NCBI GenBank assembly: GCA_963827655.1
Contig: CAWHCF010000006.1
Span: 267,022-331,021, forward strand
Source of the DNA: an uncultured Acidobacteriota bacterium
Lineage (GTDB): Bacteria; Acidobacteriota; UBA6911
Direction of reading: 5' to 3'
DNA: 64,000 nt
Below are positions 57,049 through 64,000 of this stretch, piece after piece; positions within the stretch are counted from its first letter, which is position 1, and the number at the start of each line of letters is the position of its first letter. The notes below the pieces were generated by a model that was not told the DNA's origin, ran no database searches, and was given only the letters and a program-made list of their open reading frames with translations. Position numbers and translations under genes: made by a program.

Positions 57049-57622
57049 TCGAGTCTTCTCCGCGCAGTCTGCGCAACAACCACGACTTAGCCAGCCGCCA
57101 ATCGCGGTGGACTGTCTCAACCGAGACGTTGAGCGCGCCGGCCGTCTCTTCCACGCTGAAGCCCCCGAAGAAACGCAACTCCACTACGTGACCTTTGCGC
57201 GCGTCAATTTCTGCCAACGCTTTGAGCGCCTCATCGAGCGCGAGCAGGCTTGTATCTCGCTCTGGACTCACCACCAACGCCTCATCGAGCGAAACCTGCG
57301 GAGCGGAGCCGCCGCGCTTCCGGCTGCGGCGCGCGCGCGCGAGGTCCACGAGCACCTGGCGCATCAAGCGCGCAGCGGCGCCAAAGAAGTGCCTGCGGTT
57401 TTCCAACCGCACTTGATCCGCATCAACCAACCGCAGATAGGCTTCGTGAATGAGCGCCGTGGTTTGCAGCGTATGACCGGCACGTTCGCTGCGCATGTGG
57501 TGTTTAGCCAGCCGGCGCAATTCGCTGTAAACCAGCGGTATCAATTGATCGAGCGCGGTTTTATCGCCTTCGCTCCAGGCCAGGAGCAGTTGTGTAACTT
57601 CGTGTGAATTTGACGCCGGCAT
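57038..57622 (-). CDS. ECF sigma factor, kinase-associated (TIGR02999/ECF43-like)
   Basis: [41 protein letters not shown]. Confidence 0.93.
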   Translation of the reverse strand: MPASNSHEVTQLLLAWSEGDKTALDQLIPLVYSELRRLAKHHMRSERAGHTLQTTALIHEAYLRLVDADQVRLENRRHFFGAAARLMRQVLVDLARARRSRKRGGSAPQVSLDEALVVSPERDTSLLALDEALKALAEIDARKGHVVELRFFGGFSVEETAGALNVSVETVHRDWRLAKSWLLRRLRGEDSSDT

Positions 57623-57951
57623 AGGGTGGCTTCGCCGAATTTCAGATTGGCTTAGGCTACTTTGAACTGGTGATCCCATCACTTTTCATTTCGATCGCCT
57701 CAAAAACTTTCGCACACCTTGCAGATTTTCACCGCAATTTACGCATGGAGTGGCGAGGCGCGAAATGAGATTGCGCCCAATGAAGCTGCTGGAGTCATGG
57801 TCGCCTGGGCATCGACGGCCTCATTTTAGCTCACGGCTCCGGACCAGGCAATTCTCGGGACGCTCAGCATCCGCGAGGGGTAGCGAGCAGTTGGCCGAGC
57901 GCCCAATCCGGCGCCGGCTTGGATAACCGGCGGCGCCTAAAGGAGATCTTC

Positions 57952-58218
57952 ATGAGCATCGTGATGGTACGAGACGCACTGCTGTGGTGCGCGATCATCA
58001 ATTTCGGGTTATTGGCTGTGTGGTCGCTGCTTTTCGTGATGTCGCACGAATGGCTGCATGGGCTCTGGAGCAAACGGTTCCGTCTCCCGGTTGACCAGTT
58101 TGATGCGATCAACTTCGCCGCGATTGTGCTTTACAAAACAGGCATAGTCCTGTTCAACCTCACGCCTTATATCGCCCTGCGAATCGCCGGATGGCTGTGG
58201 CAGTGTGATTTTTCATGA
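57952..58218 (+). CDS. Small membrane protein (DUF6868-like)
   Basis: LLWCAIINFGLL..FDAINF..YK..LFNLTPYIAL; RBS AAGGAG. Confidence 0.72.
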   Translation: MSIVMVRDALLWCAIINFGLLAVWSLLFVMSHEWLHGLWSKRFRLPVDQFDAINFAAIVLYKTGIVLFNLTPYIALRIAGWLWQCDFS

Positions 58219-59438
58219 GACGCTCATCGCTGCCGAATCGAATGAGGCCAGTCTCTCCCGACGAGCGCAACGTCGCTTTGGACGCTTTGCGCGGCGCGGC
58301 GCTGTCGGGCGTGTTGATGGTCAACCTGCTGGCCGGCTTTCGCATCTCGTTGTTCGAGCACATCTTTACGTTTCACACGCATCCCGGCTGGGCCAATCAC
58401 GCAGTGGACCTACTGACAGCGTGGCTGTTCGAGTTCAAAGCCTTCACACTGTTTTCGTTTATGTTCGGCGTGGGCGTAGGCGTTCAGGCCGAGCGCGCGG
58501 CGTCACACAAGATCGGCTTCCGGCGCTTTTTTGTCCGGCGTTTTACCGCGCTTCTCGCTCTGGGACTCTGCCACATGTTCCTGATCTGGAACGGCGACAT
58601 CCTCACACTGTACGCCGTCTGCGGCCTGATGCTTATTCCACTCGTCAGCCTGCCTACCAGGCTGATGGTTGCGTTAGCCGTTGCGGTTGCTGTGCTGATG
58701 TTTGTTGTGCCGATCTTCGACAGCCTTTTCCCGACAGAACTGGCGATGCGTGCGCACGCCGTCGTCGCCACACGCGTCTATGCGGAAGGAAGCTGGGCGG
58801 AGATTCTGGTGCTACGCTTCAGGACCTGGCGGCTCATCGCCCCATTTCTTGTCAGTGTCTTACCAAGAACCTTTGGACTGATGTTGCTTGGCATCGCCGC
58901 GTGGCGCGTCGGCGTATTGAAGCGACCGGCACAGCATCGCAACTTGCTACAAGCCATGCTCGTCGGAGCGGGCATCCCCGGCGCGGTGACAACTACTCTG
59001 CTGGTCTGGTCAGAATCAACAGGGCAGTCGCCACCGATCTCGCCCGCATGGTTACGACCTCTCTCGTCTATCCCGCTGGCATTCGCTTTCGGCGCCGGCC
59101 TTTTGCTGTACTTCAGTTCTGCTCGCGCCGGACTGCTGACTCGATTGTTTGCCGCCGCCGGTCAACTGTCGCTCAGCAACTATCTGGCCCAATCTATGAT
59201 CTTCAGCGTGATTTTCTATGGGTTTGGATTCGGGCTTTTCGGACAACTCGGATCGGCAGCAGCGGCACTGATCGGAGTTGCTGTCTTCGTGGGGCAACTC
59301 GCGGCGAGTTACCTCTGGCTTCAGCGCTACGGGTTTGGTCCGGCGGAGTGGCTCTGGCGCTCTCTGACTTATGGACGCTGGCAGCTGTTAAGACGAACTA
59401 CGGGGCATACTTCTGCCGCATCGGCTACGAACTCGTGA
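58215..59438 (+). CDS. DUF418 (YeiB-like) membrane protein
   Basis: LDALRG.AL.G, KAFTLFSFMFG, GDIL..YA, GQLSLSNYLAQS, GPAEWLWRSLTY. Confidence 0.9.
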   Translation: MRRSSLPNRMRPVSPDERNVALDALRGAALSGVLMVNLLAGFRISLFEHIFTFHTHPGWANHAVDLLTAWLFEFKAFTLFSFMFGVGVGVQAERAASHKIGFRRFFVRRFTALLALGLCHMFLIWNGDILTLYAVCGLMLIPLVSLPTRLMVALAVAVAVLMFVVPIFDSLFPTELAMRAHAVVATRVYAEGSWAEILVLRFRTWRLIAPFLVSVLPRTFGLMLLGIAAWRVGVLKRPAQHRNLLQAMLVGAGIPGAVTTTLLVWSESTGQSPPISPAWLRPLSSIPLAFAFGAGLLLYFSSARAGLLTRLFAAAGQLSLSNYLAQSMIFSVIFYGFGFGLFGQLGSAAAALIGVAVFVGQLAASYLWLQRYGFGPAEWLWRSLTYGRWQLLRRTTGHTSAASATNS

Positions 59439-59519
59439 AGTGTCGACCGCCCGATGGTAGCTAAATCGCCACTGTTCGAGATTGCAGCCGGGTGCCAAGA
59501 ACCTCAATTCTGCCATCAA

Positions 59520-60085
59520 TGGCGAAGGCCTAAACTGATCGCCACAGACGGCTTCCAGTCTTACAAGAGAGTTGTCCGTCGCATTTTGGGGTCAGCGTGT
59601 CTGTACGGCCAGGTGATCAAGACTCGCAGGAACGATCGCATCATCAAGGTCGAGCGAAGAACGCTGATCGGCGACGCGTGGCGATTCGAAGAGACGCTGC
59701 GCGACTCCGAGGACTCCTCGAAACTGAACACGTCTTTCGTCGAGCGGCTGAACCTCACGATCCGACAGGGCTCGGCCTATCTTTTTCGGCGGACGATCTA
59801 CCACGCGCGATGGAAGGAGCGTCTCGAAGATCACATGGAGTTGCCTCGCTAAAACTTCCTTAGGCCTCACATGGCGTTGAAGTTCGGACGCGAGATGAGG
59901 ACGCCGGCGATCCAGGCTGGACTAACGACGCGACGGCTGACGTTAAGGGAGATCTTCCCGTCGGCGATGACTTTCTTGAAATCGACGAGAGTCATGTTCG
60001 CATTCGGCAAATCCACGTTCTCGCCAACTGTCGATGAGACGCGAATGCCTCTGGCGGCATAACAAGAATTGATGACGGAAGCACC
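59520..60085 (+). mobile_element. IS1-like transposase remnant with terminal inverted repeat
   Basis: LIATDGFQSY, YGQVIK, NTSFVERLNLTIRQ, RTPAIQAGL; end reads GGTGCTTCCGTCAT on the minus strand. Confidence 0.72.
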
Positions 60086-60154
60086 TCAGACACAATCCGC
60101 ATTTTGCAGCTAGTTCCCGTCAAATCACCATCCCTGTAAGTCATTGTTTTTCAG

Positions 60155-60209
60155 TGCCGAGGGCGGGACTCGAACCCGCACGCCCCTTGCGGGGCCCAGG
60201 ATTTTAAGT
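60155..60209 (-). tRNA. tRNA-Leu(TAA) 3' half only (att-like), inverted relative to the 5' half
   Basis: Minus strand ACTTAAAATCCTGGGCCCCGCAAGGGGCGTGCGGGTTCGAGTCCCGCCCTCGGCA; long variable arm, T-arm, no CCA. Confidence 0.9.
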
Positions 60210-60259
60210 TCGAGACCCGCCCGGGCACTATGTGTCACAATCGGTCAACATCGGAATCT

Positions 60260-60347
60260 AATCAACGACTTAGAGTAGAATTCCGTACTTCACTTTTTCA
60301 CTTGTTTCCGATTCCCACTCGATAGTTCGGACAAAGTTTGGACAAAG
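60260..60347. other. att arm region: IHF site plus arm-type direct repeats
   Basis: AATCAACGACTTA at 60260-60272; GGACAAAG twice at 60329 and 60340; a second IHF-like site at 60137-60149. Confidence 0.65.
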
Positions 60348-60948
60348 CTCGCGATTTGGATGAGCGTGGATGATTTAATAGGTTTCAGGAAGTTCGCCCT
60401 TTTCTCCGCGAACATAGTAGCAGTCATGGGTACCGTCCGGTCTGGAATTGCTCGGAGGACGATATGCGCCTGGACCTCGCCGCTCAATAACCGGCACAGA
60501 GTGGATTCTGACATACATGGTGACACCCATATGCCAAGCGGACGCGGGTAGCAGTGTTTGTATTCCGTCACGCCTTAGCTGAGCAAGAGATTTTGCGCAC
60601 CCAGCCGCCTAGTCCGGAGTGCAAGCGAACGCGGCACGATCATGAACCACCGACGACCTGCCTCCTTCGCATCACCGATACCAACGGCGTGCTGCCTGCG
60701 ACTACCTCAGCCGGCCAGCATTAGGCTGGGGCACGAACACGCGTTCACGAACCACATACCACGCCTGACGGGTGGGACGTGGTGTACTGCGTCACGTTCG
60801 GGATTGATGAACATTCAGGCGACCGCACCCAGAGGGCCAAAAGGAGGGAATGCCGCCGGGGAATCGACTCTGATCAGGTTGCCCGAAAGCATGTGATACG
60901 ATGCATGCAGGCAGGTCCTGCGCCCTGCCGATGTGCTAAAGTTGCCGC

Positions 60949-61212
60949 GTGGCTAAACACGAAAAAACGCTACTTCACGTTTTACGCGGCACTTCAGACG
61001 CAAACATCTCTTTTAACGATTTATGCCAGTTGTTACGCCACCTTGGCTTTGACGAGCGCATTCGAGGCAGTCATCATATTTTTACGAAAGAAGGCGTCGG
61101 GGAGATTCTGAATCTTCAGCCTAAAGATGGAAAAGCGAAGCCGTATCAGGTGAAACAAGTACGCGGGGTGATTCTTCGCTACAAATTAGCGGGAGAAAGC
61201 GATGAACAATAA
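60949..61212 (+). CDS. hicA: HicA family toxin
   Basis: ISFNDL..LL..LGF.ERIRGSHHIF..NLQP..GKAKPYQVKQV. Confidence 0.9.
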   Translation: MAKHEKTLLHVLRGTSDANISFNDLCQLLRHLGFDERIRGSHHIFTKEGVGEILNLQPKDGKAKPYQVKQVRGVILRYKLAGESDEQ

Positions 61213-61420
61213 GTACAAGTACGAGGTTATCATTTATTGGAGCGAAGAGGATAAGGCATTCATTGCCGAGGTTCCGGAGTTACCAGGCTGCGCTGCGGAC
61301 GGAGCTACATATGCAGACGCTCTTGCGAATGTACAAGTGATCATTGATGAATGGATTGAGACAGCAAACGAACTGGGTCGCCCAATACCTGAGCCCAAAG
61401 GACGATTAATATACGCGTAG
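61202..61420 (+). CDS. hicB: HicB family antitoxin (short form, no DNA-binding domain)
   Basis: YWSEED..FIAEVPELPGC.ADG.T..AL..WIE.A...GRPIPEP; overlaps hicA. Confidence 0.9.
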   Translation: MNNKYKYEVIIYWSEEDKAFIAEVPELPGCAADGATYADALANVQVIIDEWIETANELGRPIPEPKGRLIYA

Positions 61421-61721
61421 GACTTGATAACCGGCGCTTCCGCCGACAATTGAAGACCGCGTAAGGGTAAGAAATTCGGCCGATTGCAAGGGCGTGCAGT
61501 TCTGTGGTTGCAGCGGAAACGATCGCGTTTCTCAGCCGAGGCCAACGGTGTGTGAATGCAGTCCTACACAGGCATCGAGGCGATGATCGAACGGTTGCTG
61601 GACAGCGATGGCATGTGAGCGAACCGTGCCGTGAGGCAGATCAGTATCAGGTGCAGAGTATCGAGTGAACTCAGGCCGCGGCCATCAAGCAAAGTGCGAC
61701 GAGTGCCGATGAGCATTCGCC

Positions 61722-61852
61722 TATGACTGGGAGGAGTCGACCACGATGCTCGCGCGGCAGGCGCCGTGGTGGAACCCGGCAGAACGAGCGGGTATCACGG
61801 CATCAATCAAGGGCACCTTGTGGGTGAGGTAGTGCGCCGCGTCACGGGCAAG
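61722..61852 (+). pseudogene. Serine hydrolase/beta-lactamase-family internal fragment
   Basis: [17 protein letters not shown](E)[24 protein letters not shown]. Confidence 0.65.
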
Positions 61853-61934
61853 TGCCGCCGCCATCGTACGTGAGTGAAATCGGACGCGGTGCCCGGCCCG
61901 CTGGTACAGATCGGTCTGGCACCGAGCGGGACGT

Positions 61935-63318
61935 TCACGGTACGACGTTCGGGTTCAACCGAAACAGATTCGTAGGATCGTAGACGCCCTTGACTTGCCG
62001 CAGCCTCGGATAATTCTCTTCAAATGACGCGCGGACCTTTTCCGGTCGATCGTCCGCGGCAAGAACGGTTCAGGTACGCGGAGCCTTTGAGGTGTGGTTC
62101 CAGCTGGCCCCACAACGCTTTCACCCACGCGATGTGGCTGGGGGATTCGGCCCATTCGCCCACTGTCCGATCAGGTCGAAATCCCATTGAGTCCGTCTGG
62201 CTGCGAAGGCTGTCTCCGCCGGGCCCACTCGTGTCGCCGCGCCGTGCATGTGAAAGAAGATCATGGCGCTCATTGGTGAACTGAACTGTGCGGCTCCTGC
62301 GACCAGCACGCCGATCAACTCGTCCGAGATTCGCTCGGTCAAGGCAGAACGCCAGTAGCGTTGCAAGCCGTGCGTCGCGTTCGGCTCGTCCAGTAGCGTC
62401 TGTCGTGCCGTGTACGGCATCGGGCCGACCAGGTCGGCGAGGGGTTGCTGAACCGGCGGGCAGGCGCGAAGCATTTCTCGCCGTCCGCAATGGGGCCGTT
62501 GTAGCCGAGCAGCAACGCAATCACCGGCATTCCCTGCGGCGCGGTCAGGAGCGCTGTGTAGGCTTCGGCTTCGTCCGGGAGAGCGGGGCAGAAGTCGCGA
62601 TAGAAGCGCAGCACTTCCCGCGCCTGATCCAGAGGGAACAGGACCATGCCGCCGAGCACTTGCGGACCTGATGCAGTCGGTATTCAATGGACGTGACGAC
62701 GCCGAGTTGCCGCCGCCGCCGCGCAGCGCCCAGAACAGATCGGGGTGTTCAGTTGCGTTCGCCATTCGGAATTGACCGTCAGCGGTCACGACATCGGCGG
62801 AGATCACGTTGTTGACGGTGATACCGTACTTGCCGATCAGCCAGCCCAGGCCGCCGCCGAGTGTGAGCCCCACGACGCCGGTGTTCGAACCCTACCGCCG
62901 GTCGTGGAAAGCCGAACGCCTGCGTCTCGCGGTCCAGTTCACGCCAGATGACGCCGCCCTGGACTTGCGCCGTCCGCCCGTTGGGTCAACGCGGATGCCT
63001 TTCATCGCCGACATGTCGATCACCAGGCCGCCGTCGTTGGTGCCGTACCCGGGCGCGCTGTGGCCACCGTCGCGACGGAGAGCCGAAGCCCGTGCGTTCG
63101 CGCGAAGTTCACGACCTGCTGGAATCGGCGACGCCGCTGCACCGGGTGATGATCGCCGGGCGGCGATCGACGTTGCCGTTCCACACCCGCCGGGCGTTCT
63201 CGTAGCCCGGATGATCCTGCAGCATCAGATCTCCGCTAACCGCGCCGCGAAGTTCGCGATCTGCGGGTCGCCAAAGAGAAATCGTGCCGCCGTCGACAGT
63301 CGTCGCAATCGTGGTCAT
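61935..63318 (-). pseudogene. FAD-binding oxidoreductase with BBE domain, multiply frameshifted
   Basis: YENARRVWNG..RRPAII, GLTLGGGLGWL, DLFWALRGGGGN, YDPTNLFRLNPN*. Confidence 0.85.
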
Positions 63319-63755
63319 GTCGTCCGCTTCTGCTGTCAGCTTATAGGGATTTGTCATTCTGTCCTAAATTCTGTACCTGGCGATTCGCAGCCTCGCCGTC
63401 ATTTCCATCCACGCGACGAGGACGAATTGTCGCAATCCTTCGATTTTCCGATCTTCAAACGCTGCAACCAAATTGAAACCGGGCTATCAAAGGGTGAACG
63501 TTAGTCCGACGCAGCTGAGCCATTACTCAGTCCTATTCGCTTGCCTGACGCTCCCCACTGCAGAGCTTCATGCCTCATATTTGGCGTTCCGAGAGAATTC
63601 GCGAGAAAGATGCTGTCATTGATATGACCTGAAAGTTGCAGAAGAGCGACCTGCGTCAAGGCTCGGTTCTGGTGGGCGCCCGTCCAGCCCGGCATGCGTT
63701 CGATGACCGTTATAGTACTGGGATCAAAGAAGGTTCAGATTTTTGTCATAAGACC

Positions 63756-64000
63756 TCACTCCTCATCCTCCTCAGTCGCCACAGTCCATATCCGCTTCAG
63801 AGGAAGGTCCTCACGGACGTCGGCGTCGAGTTGCTCGAAATTGTCAACGAGAAACTCTTGAATTAGCGTCTGTTGATCCCACAGGCGGACACGGGGAAGA
63901 ACTGCGCTGGCAAAATCCTTTCGGACGGCAAGATGATTTCGGAGCCGGCACCAGGCTACCAACAAACCCTGGTCCGCATGGAAGTTCTGCATGGCACCGA
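63756..64000 (-). CDS. Mrr-like restriction endonuclease, C-terminal part (runs off the window edge)
   Basis: GAMQNFHADQGLLVAW..RVRLWDQ..LI..LD.DVR.DLPLKRIW resembles the C-terminus of Mrr-catalytic-domain proteins. Confidence 0.65.
   Translation of the reverse strand, partial: GAMQNFHADQGLLVAWCRLRNHLAVRKDFASAVLPRVRLWDQQTLIQEFLVDNFEQLDADVREDLPLKRIWTVATEEDEE

Noticed and set aside
60350-60600. Decayed tyrosine integrase next to the att arm
   Set aside because: The position fits, but no HxxR or catalytic Tyr motif is readable in the frames I examined

Overview
High-GC bacterial window whose gene families (ADOP permease, Oar-like TonB-dependent receptor, acidobacterial PadR, ECF-Ser/Thr kinase pairs) point to an Acidobacteriota genome. 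Many otherwise intact genes carry single-base frameshifts, most likely long-read assembly indels. The region is built on a tRNA scaffold in the order of the canonical Gly-Cys-Leu cluster: intact tRNA-Gly(GCC) at 287-361, intact tRNA-Cys(GCA) at 9388-9463, and a split tRNA-Leu(TAA). An integrase-less island of about 8.8 kb sits in tRNA-Gly; it is marked by a degenerate attR, matching arm repeats and an IHF site, and carries an ECF sigma/kinase pair plus two secreted proteases. The most unusual signal is the split tRNA-Leu(TAA): the 5' half (50445-50482, +) and a complementary 3' half (60155-60209, -) share a 7-bp core ACTTAAA in inverted orientation, so flipping the 9.7 kb between them would rebuild an intact tRNA. 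Also present are a secreted kinase-like protein paired with a POTRA-less Omp85 barrel, a CheB/CheR-histidine kinase-Hpt locus, four Hanks kinases, a heptaheme-TPR protein, IS remnants, a dif-like site, HicAB, an orphan Phd antitoxin and the end of an Mrr-like gene. Family assignments come from motif recognition by eye, not from database searches.
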